DNA of 64,000 nt from Acidobacteriota bacterium (GTDB taxonomy: Bacteria > Acidobacteriota > UBA6911 > RPQK01 > JAJDTT01): contig OZ241897.1 in assembly GCA_965203535.1 (NCBI GenBank), positions 452,790 to 516,789 of the forward strand, in the 5' to 3' direction. Made by a program: the position numbers and the translations under genes. The notes below the pieces were generated by a model. That model was not told the origin of the DNA and made no database searches. It saw nothing but the letters and a program-made list of their open reading frames with translations. Positions 37,140 through 45,813 of the stretch are shown here, one piece after another (position 1 is the stretch's first letter; the number at the start of each line of letters is the position of its first letter).

Positions 37140-38750
37140 TCAGGCCCTCAAGCTCTCGACCAGACGCGCCTCGATCTTGGGATCGATGATCGCCGTTTCC
37201 GCCAGCAGCTTGAGGAAACGGCCCTTGTCCACTGCCGTTTTGACGGCCTTGGGTTCGCCCGGAAACACGATCTCCATCCCGCCTCGCCCGACCTCCAGAC
37301 GATAACCTCCCTGCCCCAATCTCAGCCGGGTTTCAATACAGTCCCATCCTTGAGACCGCGCCAACTCCAGGGCAGCCGAGTGCTGTCGAGCATTCCAACC
37401 CTCGAGAAACCATTCGGCAAGCGGTTTCGGGCGTTCCGGCGCTGGTCCCAGGTCGAAGCCGCTGGCGGACATCCGGTGGCTCATGGCAGCCATGCGGTGG
37501 GAAACGGCCCGGGAGGCTTCCGGTCCACCCCGCAGGGAAAGGGGCAACGACAGCCATCCGGAACGGGCGCCGAACAGGACGGCGGCTGCCAGCCAGTCTT
37601 CATCCCTCAGTTCGGGCGCCTGGAACTCCAGCAGCTCGGCACAGGTGCGTCGAAGGAACAGCAGCGACATCGCCCGAGGCAGCGGGGTCGAGTACTTCTT
37701 CCACAGGTCCGACACTCGGAACCGTCCCAATCCGGTCAGGGACTCGAGGTCGTCCCGGAGACTCCGGACGCGCTCCCGCAACGGGGATGACACGCGCGTC
37801 GAGGCGGCGCCGAGGTAATCGGGCAATACACCGGCCGCGTCGTCGCGGTCACCGGAACCCACCTCTTGGACAAGTTGACCGGCGGCGCCCCAGAACAACC
37901 GCCGCCACGCCATCTGGCCGGCAGCATCAGGAAACGGCTCTGAAGCGGACCGCGGCTCGCCACCGGAGCGAATCCAGGCTCCGAGGCCGGCAAGAATAGT
38001 GTCCTCCAGCTCGGACACGGGTTCCCGCACGGGATCGAATGCCACTCGACAGGCAGCGACGCTCAGAGTCTCCCCCGCCGCGGGCATCCGGTTGGCGCTG
38101 CGATTGCCCATCAGCCGGAGCATCGCCATGATGCCGCCGGCGGCCTGAGCGGGGCCCAACGGTGATTCCCGAGCGTCAGGAACTCGTTTCGGAGGCCAGG
38201 GATCCTTGGGGAGATTTGAGAAACGCGGTCTATCGGTTCTGGTGGTGAAGTCCGCCCAGGGCACGTTGGAAAAATCCCGGGCATCGGTCTCGCAGGCCTT
38301 CCGTTCATCCACCGAGCGAAACAGGATCTTCTCGATCGACGATGCGGGAAGCGGCGCCGGCAGGAACAGTAGTTCGGCTTTGCCCAGCCGGTCCGGGAAT
38401 CGACCCACCTGCAGATCTTCCGAGTCGAGAGTCACGACCCGGCCGGAGAACCCGTTCAGAGAGATCCTGACGATGCACGGTTTGAGGTGTCCCGCCTCGG
38501 AGAGGCAGTGATCGATGGCGGCGCTGCCGGGTCTGCCGGTGAACAACGGGATCCAGCCCGGGCAGCAGTCGAGGGTGTCCCGGTAATACTTGTCGCCGAA
38601 TGCGGTGGGCGGCAGCAGGAGGCCCGCGCTCAGCATGTACATCAGATTCAGGTGATTCGTGACCAGATAACCCGCCTTCGGCGCTTCTCGCGGCGTTGAG
38701 GACCGGGCCGATCGAACCATGTCATGCAAAAGAGAACCCTGAGCCGTCAA
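37140..38750 (-). CDS. Hypothetical 536-aa protein, last gene of the DrmA/DrmB-like operon (no recognisable motif; candidate effector or specificity component)
   Basis: Its start overlaps the stop of the upstream SF1 helicase gene (ATGA-type overlap). Composition is not antisense-like. I recognise no catalytic motifs. Confidence 0.65.
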   Translation of the reverse strand: MTAQGSLLHDMVRSARSSTPREAPKAGYLVTNHLNLMYMLSAGLLLPPTAFGDKYYRDTLDCCPGWIPLFTGRPGSAAIDHCLSEAGHLKPCIVRISLNGFSGRVVTLDSEDLQVGRFPDRLGKAELLFLPAPLPASSIEKILFRSVDERKACETDARDFSNVPWADFTTRTDRPRFSNLPKDPWPPKRVPDARESPLGPAQAAGGIMAMLRLMGNRSANRMPAAGETLSVAACRVAFDPVREPVSELEDTILAGLGAWIRSGGEPRSASEPFPDAAGQMAWRRLFWGAAGQLVQEVGSGDRDDAAGVLPDYLGAASTRVSSPLRERVRSLRDDLESLTGLGRFRVSDLWKKYSTPLPRAMSLLFLRRTCAELLEFQAPELRDEDWLAAAVLFGARSGWLSLPLSLRGGPEASRAVSHRMAAMSHRMSASGFDLGPAPERPKPLAEWFLEGWNARQHSAALELARSQGWDCIETRLRLGQGGYRLEVGRGGMEIVFPGEPKAVKTAVDKGRFLKLLAETAIIDPKIEARLVESLRA

Positions 38751-39925
38751 TTGCCCGTCCCCCCTGTCAATACGCTTCGCCGAAGAACCTTGGGGTCTTT
38801 CGGCAGTATCGCTTCGATTCGACTATCGACCCCGGTCTGCCGGAGCAGGATCACCTGCTCCCGCGCCCGGGCCACCATGACGTAAAAGAGCTTCATGGTC
38901 GATTCGCGATCGTCAGGCCGATAGTAGTGGCGGTCGACGTCGGCCAGCACGGCAACGTCGAACTCCAGACCCTTGCAGGCCTGGCAGTTGATGACCAGGA
39001 TCCCGCCTTCATCGAACCGGACGTCGGGACGATGGTTGCCGTGGAAGGTTGCGATGGTCGGAGGATCATGGTCCAAAGCGTCCCCTCCCACGGCACGCAA
39101 TCCATCGAAATAACGCCGGCGGACATCGTTGTTCGGAGCCAGAACGCCGACCAACCTCGTGGGATCGCGATCGACCAGCCGGACAATCCGTCGGCAGATC
39201 TCCGCAAAACGCTCCGGAGGGTATTCGAAGAGCCATGCCGGAACCCCCCGTCGCTTGGGCAGAATCGGTCGGGGGCTGGCAGGGTCGTCGGTGTAGAACG
39301 CGCGCGCCAGCCTCGCCACCGGCGTGCTGTTGCGATAGTTGTACGTCAATTCGACGACGTCTTCCGTGTCGATGTCCAGTTGCGTTTCGATGTCCCTGCG
39401 ACTGCTGTGGGCATCAGTGATCTGCTGATTCTGATCCGCCGCCACGAAGAACCGTTCGAAACCCAGCTTGACCAGCGACCGGTAGAAGTCGGGCGGCATG
39501 TCCTGGCCTTCGTCGATCACCAGGAACGGAGGATCTTTGACCCGGTTCGCCCGACCCACGAGATCCAGGACCGAATCCCAGTCGATGGGTTCAAAACCGC
39601 CAGGACGATCGGCGCCTTTCGTCGGCAGCAGTTGGCGGTTGACTTCCCAGAACTTCCGGCCGAACCACTTGGTCCAAGTGGTGATCGACACCGTCTCGCC
39701 GGCAAGTGCGACGCTCCAACGATGGAGCAGATTGTTGTGGACCAGGAAAACATGAGGGTCACGATCCCGAGCATGGCGCCGGACCCGCATCAGCGCCAAC
39801 ACCGTTTTTCCGGTCCCAGGGCCGCCAACGATCAGGTGTTGGCCCTCCTTGGACAGGGCCCGGGCCGCTTCCTGCTCCTTGCTCAGGTCCTGGATGCCCG
39901 GAAGCTCGAACCGGCGCGTCGCCAT
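38747..39925 (-). CDS. Compact SF1 UvrD/Rep-like helicase-family ATPase (core 1A/2A domains only)
   Basis: Walker A GGPGTGKT, motif II FLVIDEGQDM, motif IV-like LTYNYRNSTPV, motif V/VI CKGLEFDVAVL / VMVARAREQVILL. The ATG at 39925 was verified and is 1 nt after the upstream gene's stop. Confidence 0.8.
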   Translation of the reverse strand: MATRRFELPGIQDLSKEQEAARALSKEGQHLIVGGPGTGKTVLALMRVRRHARDRDPHVFLVHNNLLHRWSVALAGETVSITTWTKWFGRKFWEVNRQLLPTKGADRPGGFEPIDWDSVLDLVGRANRVKDPPFLVIDEGQDMPPDFYRSLVKLGFERFFVAADQNQQITDAHSSRRDIETQLDIDTEDVVELTYNYRNSTPVARLARAFYTDDPASPRPILPKRRGVPAWLFEYPPERFAEICRRIVRLVDRDPTRLVGVLAPNNDVRRRYFDGLRAVGGDALDHDPPTIATFHGNHRPDVRFDEGGILVINCQACKGLEFDVAVLADVDRHYYRPDDRESTMKLFYVMVARAREQVILLRQTGVDSRIEAILPKDPKVLRRSVLTGGTGN

Positions 39926-39926
39926 G

Positions 39927-41807
39927 TCAGCCTCGCTGTTCCGGACGTTCCGCGATGTCGAACAACCCCGGAATGCCGCCGGCGACTTCCGTGACGAAGG
40001 CGCGATCCAGCAGCACGTTGCCGTAGGCGCAACTCGTCTCCGGAACCAGGGCGCAGGCATGGCAGGCGGCACGGTTCAGGAGCCCGGGGCCGTGACCTTC
40101 CTGCCGGGCGCAGACCGGATCCAGCGAGCACCATTCGGCCGCCTCGACCACTGCGCTCAGCAGACGCAGAAAGCGGTGCGGCTCGGCCTGACTCATCAGA
40201 CCGCCCAGCGAACCTTCCGTATCCGGCACGGCGACGTAGATGAGAACCCCTGCCATCGACCCGGAGTCCGCGGCGCCCCCGCTCTGGCAATAGATGCGTT
40301 CCCGTAGCGACGCGGCAGGATATCCGGCCTTGGTCTCCAACTCCCGGATCATCAGGTGGGACAGCGTGTGGAGAGCCAGGAAGCGGGGAGAAACTGCCGG
40401 TGGTCCCATCGGTGAACGGACACCCGACCCCTTGAAGCGGTCGAGAAATATCCGGGTGCGGTTCCGAACCTGCCGGTACGCTTCCCATCGCCTCAGAAAC
40501 GACTCGCGCAAGGTGAAGAAGATCCCTTCTCCGTAGAGTTCCAACGCCGGCAACCATTCGGCTTTCCCGGTGAGGTCCGGCGGTGTCATTCGGCCTTCGA
40601 GCCGCCGGAACCCATCGAGCACCAGGATCTCCTTGAGTCGGTTGACGGCGATCAACCGGTCCACAGCGGCGATCAGCCGGGCGGCGGTTCCCTGCAGCTT
40701 CCCTCCGAGATCGGACCATGCCCGCGTGTGATGCTCGGTGACGAAGTCCTCGTCCTCTTGCAGGTCCGGGATCTCCCCGATCAAGGCCCGGTACTCGCTG
40801 CCGAGCAGGTCTCCATCGCCGACGGATTCCCCGAAGAGCGGGTAGCCACGGTCGATCTCCTTGAGCGCCTCCTCGACTTCATCGACACGGCAACCCCACT
40901 CAACGGCGATTCCCCTGAGAGTCGCCCTTCGCGGCAGGCCGGTTCGTGACTTCCGGATCTCCTCCTGCCTGTCCGTGCTGCTGTAGAGCCGGTCCACCAC
41001 GGTCCCCTTCCGGATACGGGATTCGGGGGGGATGACCAACGCGGTCCGGGTCTCCGGCGAGTGGATGCGAACGTCGTTGATCTCGAGGATCCAGGCCAGT
41101 CCCTCCGGCCTGTTCTCGGGGGGTTTGCGAAGCCACGGCTGCTGCCATTCATGCTCGGAATAGGGAAAGCGTGATTCGATCGGACCGGAGGCACGACATC
41201 TCGTACAAAGAACCCGGTACCCCCGATCGGCAGGCCGGATCGCCAGGTACGGACTCTCCCAATCCGCAAGACACGCTCGTTGGGCCGGGGACCTCGGCTC
41301 CGGGTGCGCCAGAGCATGCCAGGGCACCTCCGCCAGGTAGCCGTGTTCGTGAGCCAGCACCCAGGGGACCTGTTCCAGCTTGCCGCCGCAGACCGGAGCG
41401 TCGCCACCCACCTGGTGACTTGGCCCCGGACCCGAGCAAAAGGACGGGTCGATCTGCACCTCGCCGCGCGTCTCGGTCCGGCCCGTTCGGGCGAGCCGCC
41501 ACGGGCGATGATGCAGCAGGCCGCACCGGGAACACCACGTCCAGCCCGGAAAGCGCAGCGCCGGTATGGGGTGTCCGGAAACCCGGCCGTTGTTCTCCAC
41601 CCGGGCCTTCGGGGGCGTGCGCAGGACCTTGCTGATCTTCAGGGAGCGGCGCACCCGCTCGACGTGGCGAATCCCTTCTTCGTCGCCGCCCTTCCAGAAA
41701 GTCGTGTCCTTCACCGTCACCAGATGATCCGGCCCCCGGACCACTGCGCCCACGGAACAGTGCCGCAACAGGTGTGAGAGCCGCACCGGCAGAGCTTCGT
41801 CAGTCAT
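39927..41807 (-). CDS. DUF1998-domain protein (DrmB-like)
   Basis: C-terminal Cys cluster typical of DUF1998 (NRAACHACALVPETSCAYGN) plus upstream Cys pairs (WCSRCG...CGGK, CTRCRASG). 626 aa, about the size of DISARM DrmB. The start overlaps the stop of the upstream helicase. Confidence 0.75.
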   Translation of the reverse strand: MTDEALPVRLSHLLRHCSVGAVVRGPDHLVTVKDTTFWKGGDEEGIRHVERVRRSLKISKVLRTPPKARVENNGRVSGHPIPALRFPGWTWCSRCGLLHHRPWRLARTGRTETRGEVQIDPSFCSGPGPSHQVGGDAPVCGGKLEQVPWVLAHEHGYLAEVPWHALAHPEPRSPAQRACLADWESPYLAIRPADRGYRVLCTRCRASGPIESRFPYSEHEWQQPWLRKPPENRPEGLAWILEINDVRIHSPETRTALVIPPESRIRKGTVVDRLYSSTDRQEEIRKSRTGLPRRATLRGIAVEWGCRVDEVEEALKEIDRGYPLFGESVGDGDLLGSEYRALIGEIPDLQEDEDFVTEHHTRAWSDLGGKLQGTAARLIAAVDRLIAVNRLKEILVLDGFRRLEGRMTPPDLTGKAEWLPALELYGEGIFFTLRESFLRRWEAYRQVRNRTRIFLDRFKGSGVRSPMGPPAVSPRFLALHTLSHLMIRELETKAGYPAASLRERIYCQSGGAADSGSMAGVLIYVAVPDTEGSLGGLMSQAEPHRFLRLLSAVVEAAEWCSLDPVCARQEGHGPGLLNRAACHACALVPETSCAYGNVLLDRAFVTEVAGGIPGLFDIAERPEQRG

Positions 41808-44800
41808 CGTGTTGCAGCACTCCCGTGTCCTCGACGTTTCGCATGGAGTTCAGCGTCCGCCACAGCCCCCGAGCCGGCGGGTCGTCGAATTGGCGCAACA
41901 GCCCGTCGGCGGCTCGATCCTTCGCCTGGTAGTCCAGCCGGCGTTTCTGCCGCTCGCAACGCCGCGCTTCCTGATGCCACCGTTCGGCAAGCCGGTCGAG
42001 GTGACGGCCTGTGACCTCGCCCCGGGCCTCGTCGGCCTCCCGGCAGCGGCGCTTGAGTCGTCGGATCACGGCCCTCACCCGGTCGTCGTTCGCGTCGAAT
42101 GCGCCGGCGTCCTCGTTCCGAATCAAGGCGTCGCACCCGTGGCGCAGGGCGGTCACCAGGGCGGCATGCAGGGCCCGGGTGCGGACCTGGTAGGTGAACG
42201 GCGTCACGCTGGTCGGCTCCACGAACCGGTAGAAGGACTCGTGGTAGGGACAGAAGTTCTCGTAGTGGGAGAGGCTGCGCGCCTGGTGGCGGTAATAGTT
42301 GGCGAAAACGAGGCCCGGGACGGCGGCGCGGCCGATTCGGCTGCTGGCCTGGACGTACTCGGCGGTGGTGAGCGGCTGGCCGTTGATGACCATCGTCGCC
42401 AGACGGTCCACATCCACGCCCACGGAGATCATGTTCGTGGCCAGCACCGCGTCCACGCAATCCGGCTCGCCCCGGCGGCGATGCAACTGATCGAAGGTAC
42501 GCGCGTTCCGTTGAGGCGATGAGAAGCTGGTGAGCTGGACCACCGACTGCCGCAACTCGGCAGCCCCTCCCGCATCGGTCCGTTCAGGGTCGGCCGTCCA
42601 TTCTCCGTCGGCCTCGGCGCCGTCCCGGACCGCCTGTCTCTGCTCCTGGTCGAGACGCCGCACCAGGTCGCGCACGGAGGTCGCGTAGGCGTTGTGGCTG
42701 TTGCCGACCCCGCGCAGGCTGCCGTGATAGATCACCTGGGTCCACCAGGCATCCAGCAGGTCGTCCCGGTCCGGCTGATCCTGGAACACCGCCAACGGCG
42801 CCTGGAGCAGGGCAGCGGCCAACGGCGCCAGGCAGCGCCGTTGATCCAACGCCGGCGCCAGGTAGCCGACGTAGAGCCGGCCCGGCCTCGAATGATCCGC
42901 CCGTGCGAACCACGAATCGTCGGCCGACAGGCCCGGTGGGGGAAACACGGCGAGCTCTCGCCCGTACAGGCTTCTCACCTGCTCCCGAGCCATGCGGATG
43001 GTCGCCGTCGAGGCGACGTACTTGGGACGCACGCCGCGTTGCTCGAGGACCGTCTCCAACCCCGCCTCGTAGAGGCCGGCCACGGACCCGAGCGGTCCGG
43101 CAATGAGGTGGAGCTCGTCCTGGATCACCAGTTCCGGCGGGCGGCGGGGAAAGCGGCTTCCGGGCGGACGTCTGCCGAGGAAGACCGAAGACCGTTCCTC
43201 CCAGGCCAAGCGGGCGAACTTGTCGATGGTGGCGATCAGGAGCGTCGGCGGGCGTTGATACAAGGACTCGTCAACGACGTTGCAGGGCAACGGGGTCGGC
43301 TCGCCCGATTCGCCATCGGGACCGAACTCGCACTCGGGATTCCGGCACAGGAAGGCAAACGACCGGAGCGTCGCCCGGTAGCTCCCAGGCGCCTCGAACT
43401 CCCGGTTGCACCACGGACACGCTCTCAGCACGAGTTGGTGACCCGCGTCCTCATCGCCCGCCGCCAGTTCCTTCACGCAATCCTCCGCCTGCCGGCAGGT
43501 GTTCGGACTGGCCGCGCGGCCGACCCACATGCCGACGGTGATGGGCTCTTCGCCCAGCCGCTCCGGATCCTGTCGGCGCAACAGCTCAAGGGCGCAGATG
43601 ATGCGGGTCGCGCGCTCGAACTGCTGCCTGGTCAGCAGACGCAGGGTGTAGCGCATCAGAACCACGGTGCCGCCGCCCAAGGTCCCGTGCTGCAAACGCC
43701 GCCACGCGATCAGAAACGCGATCAGTCCCAGGTAAGCTTCCGTCTTGCCGCCGCCCGTGGGAAACCAGATCAGGTCCAGTACGTCGCGGAAGTCGTCCTT
43801 CTCCCGGACGGTCGACTCGATGACGGCCAGCAGAAAGGCGAGCTGGAACGGCCGCCAGCGATACACCCGCGAGTCCTTCCGTTCGCCCTTCTTCCCTTCA
43901 TCCCGGCTGCGATCCTGCTGCCGCATCTGCTCCAACATCGCGCGGTTGGCCTGCCGGAATGCGAACCTCGCTCCGGCATCGGCCCGGAGCAGCGCCACAC
44001 CGCGGCGCATGCGCTTTTGCGCCGTGTCCATCCGCCGGCAGATCCGCGCCGCGGTTTCCCGCTCCACGGTGGTTCCCAATCCTCCGGAACCCCTCCACTG
44101 TTCCTTGATCCATCGCTGGTAGCCATCCACGAAAGCGTCGAGCCGGTCGAGGACCATTTCCCAGGGCGCTGCGGCAAGGTCCTGCAAAACCAGAACGTCT
44201 TCATCCACATCCCGGGCCTGGACCGTCACCAGGGGAACATCCACCTCCGGCATGAATTCGGCCCGGATCCTGGAGGGTCTCCCCGGTTTTACGGACCAGT
44301 CCACGGCCGCCCCGTGGCCCACCGCATAGATGCGCTTGTGCCGATATTGGAGTTCGAGTTCCCGCTCCTCTTCGGTGAGCAGACTGGGGTCCACGCGCGG
44401 GTATTCAGCCAACTCACCATTCAGGATCTCGCATTCCAGACTCGCTTCGAACAGGCAGCGCCCGTCGCGATCCTCTCCGATCCGGGCCGGCTCCCGGCGG
44501 TTGGCGAAGACCACGGTGAGGATGCGGCCGTCTCCGTGCGCCCGCTCGCGCACTTCAAGGAGCACGTCTTCGGGCAGCGCAGGTTCGCCCCCGGGCCATT
44601 CCAGGGCGCATTCAAGGGACTTGCGCCTGTATTCGCGCCTCAGGAATCGTCCTCGAGGATCCCTTTCACCCGTCCGTTCGTAAGTGGCGGCGGAAGCCGT
44701 GATGCGCAGACTCAGGTCGTCGGCCGAGCGAACAAAGAACGAAAAACTGACGGAGGAGGGGGGGACGTAACGCCTTCGCCGAACCGGTTCCGCCAGATTT

Positions 44801-45207
44801 CTCTGGGCGGCCTCACCATCGCCGACAGGCGTCTCGTGCTCCTCGTCGTCCTCCGGAATCGCAGGATCGAGGCCCGAGTATCCCGGTTCCACGGGGTGCA
44901 GAACGCCAGTGGGATACCGCTCGAGAGGCGACCCCTGCAGACGGCCGCGATGTGCCGGACCGATCAACTGGAGACGCACCCAGTCCACCAGGCGTTTCCG
45001 ATGCACCGCCCAAGGACTCTTCGATAAACCACTGTTGCTTGAAATCACTGACCTTGCGGTTGGCGGCTGCAAATCGCGGCGCCATGATTCCGGTGCTGGT
45101 CGGCCGGTGGCCGGTGGTTCGGGCAAAGTAGGACTCGGGACCATCGGCTGCCCCGAACCAGTGAGTCGGCGGTTGGAGAATCGCGCTTCCGAAGAGGGCG
45201 CCCACAA
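41800..45207 (-). CDS. DrmA-like SF2 (DExH) helicase with a long N-terminal domain and a zinc-ribbon insertion
   Basis: Walker A FPTGGGKTEAYLG, motif II VIQDELHLIAG, inserted Cys4 ribbon CPWCN...CRNPEC, motif VI-like QASSRIGR. A ~480-aa N-terminal region precedes the ATPase core. The track start is a TTG lying inside the REP palindrome. The true start is more likely the in-frame ATG about 21 codons downstream (MVPSPTLPEPP). Coordinates here may be +-1-2 nt. Confidence 0.8.
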   Translation of the reverse strand: MWAPSSEARFSNRRLTGSGQPMVPSPTLPEPPATGRPAPESWRRDLQPPTARSVISSNSGLSKSPWAVHRKRLVDWVRLQLIGPAHRGRLQGSPLERYPTGVLHPVEPGYSGLDPAIPEDDEEHETPVGDGEAAQRNLAEPVRRRRYVPPSSVSFSFFVRSADDLSLRITASAATYERTGERDPRGRFLRREYRRKSLECALEWPGGEPALPEDVLLEVRERAHGDGRILTVVFANRREPARIGEDRDGRCLFEASLECEILNGELAEYPRVDPSLLTEEERELELQYRHKRIYAVGHGAAVDWSVKPGRPSRIRAEFMPEVDVPLVTVQARDVDEDVLVLQDLAAAPWEMVLDRLDAFVDGYQRWIKEQWRGSGGLGTTVERETAARICRRMDTAQKRMRRGVALLRADAGARFAFRQANRAMLEQMRQQDRSRDEGKKGERKDSRVYRWRPFQLAFLLAVIESTVREKDDFRDVLDLIWFPTGGGKTEAYLGLIAFLIAWRRLQHGTLGGGTVVLMRYTLRLLTRQQFERATRIICALELLRRQDPERLGEEPITVGMWVGRAASPNTCRQAEDCVKELAAGDEDAGHQLVLRACPWCNREFEAPGSYRATLRSFAFLCRNPECEFGPDGESGEPTPLPCNVVDESLYQRPPTLLIATIDKFARLAWEERSSVFLGRRPPGSRFPRRPPELVIQDELHLIAGPLGSVAGLYEAGLETVLEQRGVRPKYVASTATIRMAREQVRSLYGRELAVFPPPGLSADDSWFARADHSRPGRLYVGYLAPALDQRRCLAPLAAALLQAPLAVFQDQPDRDDLLDAWWTQVIYHGSLRGVGNSHNAYATSVRDLVRRLDQEQRQAVRDGAEADGEWTADPERTDAGGAAELRQSVVQLTSFSSPQRNARTFDQLHRRRGEPDCVDAVLATNMISVGVDVDRLATMVINGQPLTTAEYVQASSRIGRAAVPGLVFANYYRHQARSLSHYENFCPYHESFYRFVEPTSVTPFTYQVRTRALHAALVTALRHGCDALIRNEDAGAFDANDDRVRAVIRRLKRRCREADEARGEVTGRHLDRLAERWHQEARRCERQKRRLDYQAKDRAADGLLRQFDDPPARGLWRTLNSMRNVEDTGVLQHDD

Positions 45208-45222
45208 GGGGCGCCCCTACCC
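45190..45222. repeat. REP-like palindromic element copy (gagggcgcccacaaggggcgcccctacc)
   Basis: Perfect 8-bp stems around the ACAAGG loop. Lies between the helicase 5' end and the 3' end of the CMD gene. Confidence 0.8.
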
Positions 45223-45264
45223 GATATTCTTCGTCCACGCGCACGGGAATTTGGGATCAAGGAA

Positions 45265-45600
45265 CTAATCGAAGTGCTTCAGCTGCAAGCGCTCCGCGGC
45301 GTGGTCCGTCTGATCTACGACGGAGGCCGCGGCGACGCCCATGGCAATGGAAATGGTCTCGCTGATCTCCTCCCGGGTGGCGCCGTACTTGAGCGCCTTC
45401 CGGAGATGACCGTCCAGGCAACCCTCGCACTTGAATCCCAGGGACGCGGCGATGGCGATCAACTCCTTCTGCTTGCGGTCGATGGGAGAAGACTTGTAGG
45501 TCTCCTGGTAGAACTTGAAGTAGATCTTCCGCATCCGGGGCTCGACCATACTGTAGGAAGGCCATTTTCCCCGATTCTCCGGGGTCTTCTTCTCTGCCAT
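45265..45600 (-). CDS. Carboxymuconolactone decarboxylase (AhpD-like) family protein
   Basis: CMD-family CxxC/H region (FKCEGCLDGHL). Start placed at MAEKK (ATG at 45600, verified). The track ORF extends to 45792. Confidence 0.7.
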   Translation of the reverse strand: MAEKKTPENRGKWPSYSMVEPRMRKIYFKFYQETYKSSPIDRKQKELIAIAASLGFKCEGCLDGHLRKALKYGATREEISETISIAMGVAAASVVDQTDHAAERLQLKHFD

Positions 45601-45813
45601 ATTGGGGCAAAGGTTAGCACACCGCCTCGGGGCCGTTCCAGGCTGGCGCCACGTGGTCAGCTCAGTCAGAGATAGCCCCAAAGAGGCAAGAAAGACCTTG
45701 CCTTCCGGTGACATCGGTAGATCGCGGACGCCGCGCTGTTCTTGGTCTCCACCCCAGCAGGCAAGGGCGTTCGGGAATGGACGGCGGAGCAATTCTGCTA
45801 CTATCTTTGACCC

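Noticed and set aside
42694-45027. 777-aa + strand ORF antisense to the DrmA-like helicase; also 38696..39994 (+) and 39883..40719 (-) in the island
   Set aside because: Antisense or alternative-frame low-complexity ORFs. The minus-strand helicase/DUF1998 frames carry canonical ATPase and Cys-cluster motifs.
36965-45222. Classical tRNA-integrated genomic island with integrase and direct repeat of the tRNA 3' end
   Set aside because: The operon lies on the 5' side of the tRNA-Glu gene (upstream on the same strand), not at its 3' end. No integrase/recombinase gene and no duplicated tRNA 3' segment were seen at the far boundary. GC content looks similar to the surroundings. It is treated as a defence cassette bounded by a tRNA and a REP element, not as a proven integrative element.
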